DNA of 64,000 nt from Octopus bimaculoides. Lineage: Eukaryota. This document shows, one piece after another, positions 11,546 through 24,903 of the stretch. The stretch lies in assembly GCF_001194135.2 (NCBI RefSeq), contig NC_069003.1:7500835-7564834 (forward strand), given 5' to 3'. A model generated the notes under the pieces. The model worked only from the letters and a program-made list of their open reading frames with translations. It was not told the origin of the DNA and ran no database searches. Position 1 is the stretch's first letter. Each line of letters begins with the position of its first letter. A program made the position numbers and the translations under genes.

Positions 11546-12586
11546 AAGCTGTTGTTCAAAATGTACTTTAGTGCAATATATTACAGATTTTTCATGAGGT
11601 TGCAAGTTTGATTCCCAGACAGGGTTGTGTGTGTTGTGTTCTTGCTGAGTTCCATATTATTGCAACCAATTTGGATGTTGAAAGACTTCAGTCTCCACCG
11701 GCGCCAATGACAATGATTGCTTTCAGTCTATGCAATGTTCTTGTTTCTAATTTTAATGTTCCACAGTGCTTCAGTGAATTTATGCAATTTCATTTTTATT
11801 TTAAAAAAATCCTTTTTAGTCAGGAATGAAGGGAGGCATGAAGGAAGGAAGGCTTGGAAGAAAGAAGATATCCTCAAACCAAAGACCTGGCTGAAGTGAT
11901 TGAAACACAGTGGACTCTACTATAGAGACCCACAGGTGCTAGGTTGCAGTGGTGGTGGTGGTGGTGGTGGTGTTAATCTGGGTGATGAAATACATCTAAA
12001 CTTAAGTAGGCCAGGGTAGGATTTGAACTCAGAATGCATACAGCCAAAACGAAAGAATGAATACTATAATGCATCTAGTCTGTTGTTCATCATACAGCAC
12101 AGGCTTGAAAAAACGGGGTTCAGGGGATGCAAGTGTACCCCCTAAAATTTTTGATAGGCAATGAAAATGCTATCAACATCCTGGGTTGGATCTGGGTTTG
12201 CACCCCTTAAGCAAGTTTTGTTCCTACATTTATGCATACATTTCTGGAAAAGACACTACATTGAATCAGTAATAATTATTTTAATCAACCTCAAAGGGAT
12301 GAAAAGCAAAATAAAAGGAAATTAGACTGCAGTGGGATTTGAACCTAGAACTAAGATAGTTGGAATTAAAAAAACACAAAGCATAGAGCATGATGCTCTA
12401 ATGACTGCCAATTGCCTTTGGGAGAAAGACACAGCTTTTCTTAGAACGTTTACCAATTTGCTGAACTAGAACGAAAATTGCTTAATGGCTAGTTTTGAAA
12501 TATTACCATATCATTCACTTAATCATGTGTGTGTATATGTATGTATATATATATGTATACATATACATATATATATGTATGTTTAT

Positions 12587-12623
<37 letters not shown>

Positions 12624-13194
12624 AATATATATATATATATATATATATGCGTACATACATATATACACACATTTATATATCATATATATCAATACATGTA
12701 TATATGTTTATATATGTTTATACACACACACACACATACATGTGCATATGCACATGCATACACATATATATATGTATGTATATTAAAATCTATTTCTTCC
12801 CAATTATCACATTCCAACCAGTGTCTACTCTTGAAGTTTTAATTTCCCTCTGACAGATACTAAAAACGAACAATTATATTCTGGTTAGTTGTAGTAGTTT
12901 TTGGCATTTTGTTTATCAATCTTTTCGAAATAACACGTTTTCTAAAACTATGTCACAGCCTTCTCACACAAGAATCACACATTCTAAGAAATAGCACCAT
13001 TGTGTTTATTGATTTCTCTTTTGAGAGTATTGATTTCTTTATGCTGAAACAATTGGTGGATGGGTAGTTTTGAGGTTAACATCTTTTCCAAGAGCATCAG
13101 TCATAAGTAAATATTAAGCTGGTACAAATTCAAACTGTTGTTATTTTATCTTTTCTTTTTATTTCCTGTCTCGATTAATTTGCGTGGGTAAAAG

Positions 13195-13380
13195 GCGTAG
13201 GTGTAGGCATAGCTGTGTGGTGAGAAATTTGCTTCCCAATTGCATGTTTCCGGGTTCCATCCCACTGCGTGGCACCTTGGGCAAGTGTCTCCTACTACAG
13301 CCTTAGACCGACCAAAGCCTTGTGAGTGGATTTGGTAGACGGAAACTGAAAGAAGCCCGTCGTATATATGTATATATGTG

Positions 13381-13432
<52 letters not shown>

Positions 13433-13699
13433 TGTGTGTGTGTTTGTGTGTGTGTGTGTTTGTGTGTNNNNNNNNNNNNNNNNNNNNNNNNNNNNNNNNN
13501 NNNNNNNNNNNNNNNNNNNNNNNNNNNNNNNNNNNNNNNNNNNNNNNNNNNNNNNNNNNNNNNNNNNNNNNNNNNNNNNNNNNNNNNNNNNNNNNNNNNN
13601 NNNNNNNNNNNNNNNNNNNNNNNNNNNNNNNNNNNNACAAAGAGTAAGTCCTGGGGTCAATTTGCTTGACTAAAGGCGGTGCTCCAACATGGCCGCAGT

Positions 13700-13703
<4 letters not shown>
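13195..13703 (+). mobile_element. tRNA-derived SINE family A joined via (TG)n to family B (composite SINE), representative copy
   Basis: A-box-like GCTGTGTGGTGAGAA and B-box-like GGGTTCCATCCC, body GGCAAGTGTCTCCTACTA...GAAACTGAAAGAAGCCCGTCG. Other A copies at ~186-480, 19020-19260, 19705-19870, 22455-22620, 24905-25170, 36845-37000, 43160-43495, 52525-52690, 54255-54395, 58135-58240, 59225-59345. Confidence 0.8.
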
Positions 13704-13737
<34 letters not shown>

Positions 13738-13743
<6 letters not shown>

Positions 13744-14296
13744 GGGCCAAAATTAGTGCCCCAACTTTATGTGTCCCAATAGTATGTGTCTCTTAGTTCT
13801 GTAGTTTCTTGGTGCATGCTGTTATTGTTTCTGTATGTCATTGGTTATTTCTGTATGTCATTGATTAATCAGCGTGTCGAATTATGTGAGAGAAGGATGG
13901 CAGAAGCCAGAGATTCCAGATTTTTTGATCGACACATTTTCTTTGATAAAGCAACCTTCCATGTTTCCGTTCACATCAGCCCCCATAACTGCTTCTGTTA
14001 TTCAGAAAATGACCCTGAAGTGGTTTGGGAAAAGCATGCCAATTCACCTTCTCTTGTCATTTGGGTGGCGATATTGTCTCCAGAAATTCGTTCATTCCGT
14101 ATTCAACAAGAGACGATGGATGGTGACCAGTACCTAGCATTGTTTAAAATCATCATCTGGCCGTATTTGCAATACCATCATTCTAAAATCTTTGTGCAAG
14201 ATGGAGAACCTCCTCATTATGACAAACGTGTAAGAAATTTCCTCAAAATGGTTGAATTTTCAAAAACTCAAGTTGGAGCACTAATTTTGGCCCACC

Positions 14297-14299
<3 letters not shown>
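13738..14299 (+). mobile_element. Internally deleted Tc1/mariner DNA transposon with both TIRs
   Basis: TIRs AGGGTGGGCCAAAATTAGTGCCCCAACTT and AAGTTGGAGCACTAATTTTGGCCCACCCTG flanked by (TA)n; DDE remnant IFFDKATFHV...VQDGEPPHY..VRNFL. Confidence 0.9.
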
Positions 14300-14353
<54 letters not shown>

Positions 14354-15344
14354 TACATACATATATATATATATACATATATATATATACATACATACAT
14401 ACATATATATATGTGTGTGTATATGCATGCATACATATATATATATATATATCCATACAAATACACATATATATATATGCATACATACACACACTCACAC
14501 ATATATATATGTATATGCTTATATATATACACACACACACACACACACATATACATACATATATGCATACACACACATGCACACAGACACACAGACACAC
14601 ACTCACACTCACACACACACACACATACACACATGTATACCTATATAAAATCGTCCAGGAGTTATCTTTAAATGTGAGATAATTAAATTGAAGATATTTA
14701 ATCTATTTATTATAGATTAGAAAAGTGGTGGCTAATAGCCATTGGACAAAGTTGTAATGGAATAAGCTTTTCTCTCACATCAAAAAACACGTGTTTGAAA
14801 TAATTGTCCCTCATATCTCTGTTAATATCTCTTTTTACTGATTAAGTTCGTTTATATTTGCGGTTTCTGATCTATATCTCAGTCACTTACTTTACAAAAA
14901 AAGAAAGATCTTTACTATTCATTCAATTTGTTCATTCATTTCATGTCTGTTTTATCATGCTGTCATAGGTTAGATGAATACATGTTATTGTGGCATTGCT
15001 TTTTTTGTTTGGCAGCTGGATGCTTTTCCTGTTGCTAACCCTTACTTGTTTTTCAAGTTAGAGAGCTATTGGTTGATTTGTTGAGAAGAAAATGTCAACA
15101 AATGTCACCAACAGTGGCTCAGTGTTTTTTCATGTCAACTAAAGTATGTAAACACATACACATATGAACTCATATTTCCACACACACACACACACTTGTT
15201 CATTCACAAAAAAACATGTGCATACATCATCAGTGTCTCAGTATTTTTTCATTTAGAAATAAAGATTGTAAACACACACACATACAAACTGACATATTTG
15301 CATACACGGACAGATAAAACAGACACACACACATTGTTGGATGA

Positions 15345-16425
15345 TTTGACCGGAGCTGGTCAGCTGGTTAGCTGCTTAGGCTCCATGTTTGTTTTGGCAG
15401 GGTTTCTATGGCTGGATGCCCTTCCTAACACCAATCACTTTATAAAGTGTATTCTGGGTGCTTTTATGCAGCACTAGCATGGGTGCTGTTACGTGACGCT
15501 AGTGCAAGTGCTTTTTATGTGGCACCAGCACCTGCAAGCTCGCAAGATTAAGAACACTCAGCTGAAGAAGGAGAGATGCAGGGGACATGCCTGTATGCAA
15601 GGACAATCATGTATTTTACTCAGCTTGACATGTCTTCTCAAGCACAGCAACTGCCAAAAGTCTGTGATCTTGTCATCCCCTCTGCAAGCCTCAATATCTG
15701 AAGATCCTTTTCCACCACTTCACCTCATGTCGTCCTGGGTCTACCCCTTCCACATGTTCCCTCCATAATTAGAGCTCAGCACGTCTTGATGCAACTATCT
15801 TCATTCATACACATAACATGGTCATACCACTACAGCCTTCTCCTTAGCACACTACGTCTGATGCCCTGTATACTCAGTCTTTCTTTCAAATCACTTATAC
15901 CCTGTTGTATATGCACACTGCCATTACACATCCATTGGAGCACACTTGCTTTTTTTTTCTTTCAAGCCTTTGCACGTCCTCAGCCGTCACAGCCCATGTC
16001 ACACTGCCATGTAGCATAGCTGTTCATACACAGGCAGCATACAGCCTACCTTTCACTCTGAGGAAGAGGCCCTTCATTACAAACAGAGGCAGCAGCTCTT
16101 TGAACTTTGCCCAGCCTATTCATATTCTAGCAGCTATTCTTTCAGAACAAACACCTCCACAACTAAATTAGTCACTCAAGTAACAGAAATTGTCTACTAC
16201 TTCTAAGGATTCCCCCTGACATTTGAGGGAGTCTATTTTTTTTTGTACATTCCTGGTGTTTAATGTACCTGCATATCTTCCATGTGTAAAGACTACTTTC
16301 TCTGCTAGTTGTCCAGAGATACTGCTGAACCTCTTCTGTATCCATACGTTGCACTGGACACACCATAGGGAGTTTCTCTCAAGACCTTTTCTACATATCG
16401 AGCAGAGCCATTTCCCTGAAGGGAG
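15345..16425 (-). mobile_element. RTE-clade LINE 3' fragment (RT C-terminus plus 3'UTR)
   Basis: CSICRKG..NSLWC.QC...LEVVDNFCYL, GWAKFKELLP, RRRL*WYDHV, GRGRPR; continues without a break into the abundant GGAAGGGCATCCAGC repeat. Confidence 0.88.
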
Positions 16426-16446
16426 CTGTGACTTGTCTGTTTTTCT

Positions 16447-16494
<48 letters not shown>

Positions 16495-16618
16495 GCATCT
16501 GTTCGTGTGTGTGTTAGTTTGTGCATATGTGTGTGTGTATGTGTGTTTGTGCATGTGTACACACACACAGGCACAAACACTCACACACATACATACATAC
16601 ACACACAAATATAGATAA

Positions 16619-16693
<75 letters not shown>

Positions 16694-17027
16694 TAAATGT
16701 AGTTATATAGATGTGTGGGTGTCTTTGTGTCTGTTTGTTTCTCTATCACCACTTGACAATTGGTAACTTAGCAGTTCGGCAAAAGAACCAAATAGAATAA
16801 GTACCAGACTGTTAAAAAAATAAGCACCGGGGCTCCTTCAAATAATTATGAGATAGTATCCCAGCATGGCCACAATCCAATGACTGAAACAAGTGCAAAA
16901 AATAAAAGATAAACACACACACACATTAATAGAGAGGGTGTGGGTCTCTTCTAACAGATTAAGTTGGACAAATGTAGGGAATAAATAATTACATAATTGC
17001 TATACAGCAAATTAGAAAATTAGCAAA

Positions 17028-17089
<62 letters not shown>

Positions 17090-17443
17090 GAACATGTAAT
17101 CTAGTGATGAGTAATTTGGGTTAAACGTCCTGTACAATTAGCATATGGTAACCTGACATTTTGGCTTAGATAGGGTTTTTATCAATAACCAAATATTGAG
17201 TGAGATATGAAATTGGCCAAAGTCTGAGATAATTTATGGCATAGATGAGTAAATATTTATGCTTTAACTCTATGGGACATCGAGACGCATAGCTTAGTGG
17301 TTAGGGTGTTGGACTCATGGTTTTAAGATTGTGGTTTTGATTTCTGGATTGGGCAATGTGTTGTGTTCTTGTACAGGGTCAGATTAAGGCCCATTGGGAC
17401 CCTAAGCATGGTCGCAGTCAAATAACTGAAACAAGTAATAGAA

Positions 17444-17474
<31 letters not shown>

Positions 17475-18687
17475 CAACAACCTACAGGAGTTATAGAGTG
17501 ACTCAAAGGCTGAAAACTTCATGAGTTGTTACTTGATAAGTGCAAATGCTCGAAACTTGTTCCTCAGGCCACAGTCTGACTTCTGTCAATTATCAATTAA
17601 AAAATATATGTACACATGCTTTGAGTTCTACTTATCTTGTTTGCATTACCAAAGCCACATATATATATATATATATAATGCATGTATATATATCTATATC
17701 TATCTACACACGCACACGCACACACACACACATATATATGTATGTGTGTATGAATGTCAGTCCTGTGTGTGTCCCCAGTAACACAGTCTGAATAAAAATA
17801 ACAAAATGTGACATTGTTTACATTCATCAACAAAGCAACGTACTGAATTTCAGTGAACATGTGAAAAGCTGTGGGAATGAAAAAAATAGCATACTTGAAA
17901 AATAAGTGGGTGTGATGGAGGCTTTGTTGCTAGGAAGAGAATCTGGTTGCAGAAAAATCTACCAATCCAAATTCCCCTGGATTTGGTAGACAGAACCTGA
18001 AAGAATCCTATAATATATATATATATATATTTGCTACCCTATAATTTATTAATAATTGATAAAATTCTTCTTGGATAATTTTCTGAAAGAATTTTGGCAT
18101 TTTTGTATTTGCTGCCGATTAGGTAAACCGCAAATACGCGGTATATTTTGAAAAATTAGACATAGGAACATGAACCATGCTGCTTATTTGACTCGTGCTT
18201 CATATGTTGTCTGGTCATTTCTGCTGATGATAGTCCGACCTTGTAAGNNNNNNNNNNNNNNNNNNNNNNNNNNNNNNNNNNNNNNNNNNNNNNNNNNNNN
18301 NNNNNNNNNNNNNNNNNNNNNNNNNNNNNNNNNNNNNNNNNNNNNNNNNNNNNNNNNNNNNNNNNNNNNNNNNNNNNNNNNNNNNNNNNNNNNNNNNNNN
18401 NNNNNNNNNNNNNNNNNNNNNNNNNNNNNNNNNNNNNNNNNNNNNNNNNNNNNNNNNNNNNNNNNNNNNNNNNNNNNNNNNNNNNNNNNNNNNNNNNNNN
18501 NNNNNNNNNNNNNNNNNNNNNNNNNNNNNNNNNNNNNNNNNNNNNNNNNNNNNNNNNNCCCACCCTGGCATCCAAAACTTGGAGTTTTATCATGGCTACC
18601 AAATAAGTGTCACATATTTTTACAGATAAATTCCTCTATTTACATAATATCAAGGTCTCTTTCTTTCTTTTGTTGTCCTTTCTATCA

Positions 18688-18723
<36 letters not shown>

Positions 18724-18977
18724 TCTTTTACTTGTTTCAGTCATTTGATTGTGGCCTTGCTGGAGCAGCACTTTTAGTTGAACAAATCAACCCCAGGACT
18801 TATTCTTTGAAAGCCTAGTATTTATTCTATCGGTCTCTTTTGCCGAACTGCTAAGTTACTGAGACATAAATACACCAACGCCAGTTGTCAAGCAATGGTG
18901 GGAGGACAAACACAGACACACAAATACATACATATATGTATTTGTATGTATATATATATATATATATNNNNNNNNNN

Positions 18978-19015
<38 letters not shown>

Positions 19016-20009
19016 TATATATACAATGGGCTTCTTTCAGTTTCCATCTACCTAATCTACTCACAAGATTTTGATTGGCCTGAGGCTATAGTAGAAGACA
19101 CTTGCCCAAAGTGTCACACAGCGGGACTGAACCTGGAACCATGTGGTTGGGAAGCTGTGTGATATGACGATTGCTTCCCAACCACATGGTTAGCTCAGGG
19201 CTATAATAGAAGACACTTTCCCAAGGTACCATACTGTGGAACTGAACCTAAAACCATTTTGATTTAGAACCAACCTACTTGACCATACATCCACGTCTAT
19301 CTATTATTTTCTAATGTTGTTTTATTTTCACAAAGCAATTTTCCCTAATTATCATTTTCGTATTCCCAGCATTCAAATACATCAAATATATCAGCACTAA
19401 CTTAACTGTTGATTTTTCCTGCAGATGGCGTCTCTGAATCAATTTTACTGAGTTCACCGATGTCATCATTTAATCCATGCACCACTTGCATTGAACCAAA
19501 CAAAGAAGGAACAGAGCTCTCTATCATCTCTATTCTTATTCATCTCATCTATAACCTTCCAGCATCTTCAGATTATTGGTCATGCTTCTAATAATGTCTT
19601 CCTGTGTCTAAGACATACAACCACTGAACACTTAAGTGTGCTCCTTTTGATGTTTTTAATAAGAAAATGCCTAAAGTAACACATTTTTGCAGAAGATATA
19701 TAGGTTCAGGTGTGGCTTTGTGGTTAAGATGTTTGATTTGCAGAAGTGGGGTGCTGGGTTCGGTCCCACTGTGCAGCACCTTAGGCATGTGTCTCCTACT
19801 AAAATCTATGGGCCAACCAATGCTTTGTGAGTGAATTTGGTTGATGTGAATTCTGTGAAGCCATTATTGTAAGGAGTGCTGGTTGAGCTGTGGACGACCA
19901 GTTCATGCAACGTGTTGTATTAGATTCCCTGTTACCCGTAGCACCCAGGAGAGACCTCACAAGTGACCTGACACAAATATATATACGTATGCACACACAC
20001 ACACACACA

Positions 20010-20095
<86 letters not shown>

Positions 20096-20289
20096 TGTGT
20101 GTGTATAGGGTGCAGTGGGTAAATTGTTGCATTTTATATTTTTAATTTTGCACTTGCTCATTGTTTGTTTTTGATTTTGTTGACTACTCAGTATAATAGG
20201 GTCAGTTGGGCACCGTCTGTGAGAAAAACAGCACCATGACGCAATTTACTCTGCCAAAAATTTGGAAAAGTCAAGCTGTAATGCTTGGT

Positions 20290-20850
20290 ATTCGTGCCCG
20301 AAGCTCCAATACGAACATTTCAGAGTGTTGGGTGTCAATCTGAGTTTCCAAAACATGTAGCGAGAGTGATAAAAATCAAACATCCAGTCAACATGGTGTT
20401 TGGAGTGATCACAGGCGATGGTGACGTTATGCCTCCATTCATCTTCCCACACAGCCTCGACTCAACACGGAGGCCTACATCAAGTGCCTGGAGGAGGTAG
20501 TGCTGCCCTGGGTCAAGAGGGTGGCTGCTAGACGATATTAGGTCTGGCAACAGGACTCTGCACCATGCCATACATGTAGGAGTACCCAGTCATGGCTGTG
20601 AGACAATTTTCGCGACCACATCACCCCTAACATCTGACCACCTAACTTCCTAGACTGCAACCCCCTTGATTATTATGTGTGTGTATGGGGGGGGGGGGGT
20701 GCAGTTCAGTGAGATAACAACGAAATTCCTTGTAACACCAAAGATGAACTGACGGTAAGGATTATGGCAGCATTCACCAACTTCAACAAGGAGACCGTCC
20801 AGAAGGCTTACAAAGTGCTTAATAAGTGCTGGCGTCGATTTGTTGAACTA
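20290..20850 (+). mobile_element. Degenerate Tc1/mariner (maT-like) transposase fragment
   Basis: HPVNMVFGVIT.DG.VMPPFIFP, YIKCLEEVVLPW, WQQDSAPCH, PPNFLDCNPLDY, with stops. Confidence 0.85.
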
Positions 20851-21082
20851 AAGGTGGTGCCCCAGCATGGCCGCAGTCAAATGACTGAAACAGGTAAAAG
20901 AATGTGTACATATAAAAAAAAAAACGAAGGATTATTAATTAAAACATATGTAGGGGAGATAACTCTTCTTTTACTTATAGCTTTATGAATCAGCTATAAG
21001 TGACATCTTTAATGAATTTGTAATTTTTCTCGTCTTAAACCATATAAGATCATAAATCTTTTGTTGTTGTTGTCGCTATTAC

Positions 21083-21114
<32 letters not shown>

Positions 21115-21328
21115 TTGTTGTTACTATTATTTTTGCTGTTGTTCTTTTCATTGTTATTCTCTCCTTTTACCACTCCTCAGTCAAACCATGCCAGCATGAA
21201 AGTGGACGTTAAATGATGATAATGATGATGATATGTATATATGATGATGATGATGATGATATATATATATATATATGATGACGACGATGACGATGATATA
21301 TATATATATATGACATATATATATATAT

Positions 21329-21369
<41 letters not shown>

Positions 21370-22422
21370 TTATATGTATGGATGTATATATATCTACGTG
21401 TGTGGGTGTGTTTGTGTTNNNNNNNNNNNNNNNNNNNNNNNNNNNNNNNNNNNNNNNNNNNNNNNNNNNNNNNNNNNNNNNNNNNNNNNNNNNNNNNNNN
21501 NNNNNNNNNNNNNNNNNNNNNNNNNNNNNNNNNNNNNNNNNNNNNNNNNNNNNNNNNNNNNNNNNNNNNNNNNNNNNNNNNNNNNNNNNNNNNNNNNNNN
21601 NNNNNNNNNNNNNNNNNNNNNNNNNNNNNNNNNNNNNNNNNNNNNNNNNNNNNNNNNNNNNNNNNNNNNNNNNNNNNNNNNNNNNNNNNNNNNNNNNNNN
21701 NNNNNNNNNNNNNNNNNNNNNNNNNNNNNNNNNNNNNNNNNNNNNNNNNNNNNNNNNNNNNNNNNNNNNNNNNNNNNNNNNNNNNNNNNNNNNNNNNNNN
21801 NNNNNNNNNNNNNNNNNNNNNNNNNNNNNNNNNNNNNNNNNNNNNNNNNNNNNNNNNNNNNNNNNNNNNNNNNNNNNNNNNNNNNNNNNNNNNNNNNNNN
21901 NNNNNNNNNNNNNNNNNNNNNNNNNNNNNNNNNNNNNNNNNNNNNNNNNNNNNNNNNNNNNNNNNNNNNNNNNNNNNNNNNNNNNNNNNNNNNNNNNNNN
22001 NNNNNNNNNNNNNNNNNNNNNNNNNNNNNNNNNNNNNNNNNNNNNNNNNNNNNNNNNNNNNNNNNNNNNNNNNNNNNNNNNNNNNNNNNNNNNNNNNNNN
22101 NNNNNNNNNNNNNNNNNNNNNNNNNNNNNNNNNNNNNNNNNNNNNNNNNNNNNNNNNNNNAGATCACTTTAACTGTTTTGTTACCATATTTCTGTTAGCT
22201 TACCCCATGTTTAGTTATCTCTTATCTTTTATCTTGTTTCAGTCATTAGTCAAAAATAGGCCATGCTGGGGCACTACCTTGAAGACATTTTAGTCGAATG
22301 AACTGACAGAAGGACTTATTTTCTTTTAAGCCTGGTACTTAATCTATTGGGCACTTTTGCTGAACTGCTAAGTTAAGGTGGTGTAAACACACCCGCACCA
22401 GATGGCAAGCAGTGGGGTGGAC

Positions 22423-22460
<38 letters not shown>

Positions 22461-22879
22461 CAGACTTCTTTCAGTTTCTGCCTACCAAATCCACTCACAA
22501 GGCTTTGGTCATACCAAGGCTATAGTAGAAGACACTTGTCCAAGATGCCAAGCAGCAGGACTGAACCTGGGACCATGTGGTTGGGAATCAAGCTTCTTAC
22601 CACACAACCATGACTGCAACTATTTTTCAAACAATTTTGAGAATAATGAAGAATTTATAATAAAAAAAGATAATTGTAGTTATTAAGCTGGTGTTTGGAA
22701 TATAAATTAACATAGAATTCAAAGAAAAAGATTTTAATTTAGATCATTTTATTAAAAAGTTTACATCACAGAATCAAGGATCGATCTCAGATTAGTGTCA
22801 AAGAGACTAAATACATAAAAATCTATGTAAGAAATAAATAGATTCTTCCTCAAGTTTTGGTGGTGCCTCATTAATAAAA

Positions 22880-23248
22880 TCAGTTCTTCAATAAAGTTAA
22901 GAGTTCCTTGGTTGAGCCTGACAAACTCATTACCGATTCAATGATGGCTTCAGAAATACCATTTGGTAAAGATTTTGTGTTGTTGAGAAATTTGCATTTG
23001 ACATCGATATCGGTCAAAGGTTTACGCCAATGGCCATAAGGTGTATCGCAACGGCCCCTATAAACTTTGTTATTTTTTAAGGTGACCATTACTTCCACAT
23101 ACATTCTGTTAAAGTTTGCTATGTTGTCTTTCTTCCTGAGTAAATGGCACTTTTGTAGAAGAGTGTTGAGGTTTGTCCTGGATCGGCATTCTGAGGTGAA
23201 ACTCTCTGGTGTCATGATTCCGTCAAGTAACATTGAAGCAACATTGAA
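22880..23248 (-). CDS. ACOD1: ACOD1 terminal coding exon (FNVASMLLDG...YGHWRKPL...LKN*)
   Basis: Acceptor TTGTAG| phase 0, TGA at 22882-22880, AATAAA on the minus strand at 22753-22748. Confidence 0.96.
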   Translation of the reverse strand, partial: FNVASMLLDGIMTPESFTSECRSRTNLNTLLQKCHLLRKKDNIANFNRMYVEVMVTLKNNKVYRGRCDTPYGHWRKPLTDIDVKCKFLNNTKSLPNGISEAIIESVMSLSGSTKELLTLLKN

Positions 23249-24808
23249 CTACAATAAAAGAGAACAAAATCTTAATTGTTTCCAGAAAGTGTCAAGCTGG
23301 CAGAATTGTCAACCTGCTGGGTAGAAAATGCTTAGTGGCATTTTGTCTGTCTCGATGTTCTGAGTTCAAATTCTGCTGAAGTCAGCTTTGCTTTGCATCC
23401 TTTCAGGATCAATAAAAATAAGTACCAGTTGAATACTGGGGTTGATATAATTACCTAGACCACCTCCCCTATAATTGCTGGCCTTGTGTCAAAATTTGAA
23501 ACCAATATTAACTGCCCGTAAGACAACAAGCTGGCAGAATTGTTAGGACACTGGGCAAAATGCTTAGCGGCATTCTGTCTCTCTTCATGTTGTGAGTTCA
23601 AATTTCACCAAGGTCAACCTTGCCTTTCATCCATCCTGGATCGATAAAATAAGTACCAGTTGAGCACCAAGGTTAATATATTCGATTAGCCCCATTTCTG
23701 AGAGAGAATAACATGAATGCTACATGGTTAAACCAGACATATCTGACCTCTCAAACCTACCCTACAATGTTACTCTAAAAACGAACAATCCCATCATTGA
23801 AATGCCGAAGCTATGAGATAATGCATGATTAATTCAAAGCAATGTGAATAAATAAGCTTTACATTTAACAGAGTAATCTGAATGCTAAATGGTTAACCCT
23901 TTAGCATTTAAACTAGACCTATCTAGCCAAAAATATTCTACCTGTTTTATGTTCAATCTAACCAAATTTGGTCTCTCACACCTACCCTACAATGTTATCC
24001 TCCAAAAATACAATCATATCATTGTAATATTGAAGCTAGAGGATAATGAATGAATAAGCATTGCATTTGACAAAACGATCTGAATGCTAACAGGTTAATG
24101 ATTCTGCCAGGTTGTAAGCGATTAACTCACCTGAAATGAATGTCTTGCTTCGTGTTGAGACTTTGGAAATGGCCTGTCGATATATTTCGATGAAGGCACT
24201 ACAATTTGGACCTCTTTTATTTCATTATATGGAATTTCCGTGTTGAATTCTTCAGTCATTTGTTGTCGAGCTTCCATCGTAGCATCGATAGCCCAATGCA
24301 TTGCCAAATGAGCAGGGAACCGTTTAAGGGCAGCATCTTGGTTATGAAGAATATAATGTTGATTATTTAGAGCCACTTCTAACAACAAATCCGGTGAATA
24401 GTCTTCGAAAAATACACTGAAACCAGAGGCGGAGTCAAGAATGTTTTCGTTTCCTTCCATTCCTGTAAACAGAAACTTTTATTTTTTATTTTTTAGCTTT
24501 TACTTGTTTCACTCATTAGACTGTGGCCATGCTGGAGCACTGCCTTGAGGAATTTTAGTCAAATGAATTAACCCCGCGACTTATTCCGTTTTTAAAACCT
24601 GGTACTTATTCTGTTGGATTCTTCGTCTGAACGTCCAAGTTACAGGGATGTAAACAAACCAACACCAGTTGTCAAGTGGTAGTTGAGGGACAAACACAGA
24701 CACAAAGACACATGTAGATATCACTCTCTCTCTTCCTCTGTATATATATATGGTTTCCTGGTATTAAATTGATATTAATTAATATCAAATTTTTTACCCT
24801 ATTATGTT

Positions 24809-24844
<36 letters not shown>

Positions 24845-24867
24845 GTGTGCATGTGTGTATATGTATG

Positions 24868-24903
<36 letters not shown>

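Noticed and set aside
19425-19591. Possible plus-strand terminal exon (CCTGCAG|...DGVSESILLSS...SCF*)
   Set aside because: Good acceptor but no recognisable domain and no partner exons; the opposite strand has an ORF of similar length, so it cannot be resolved without RNA data.
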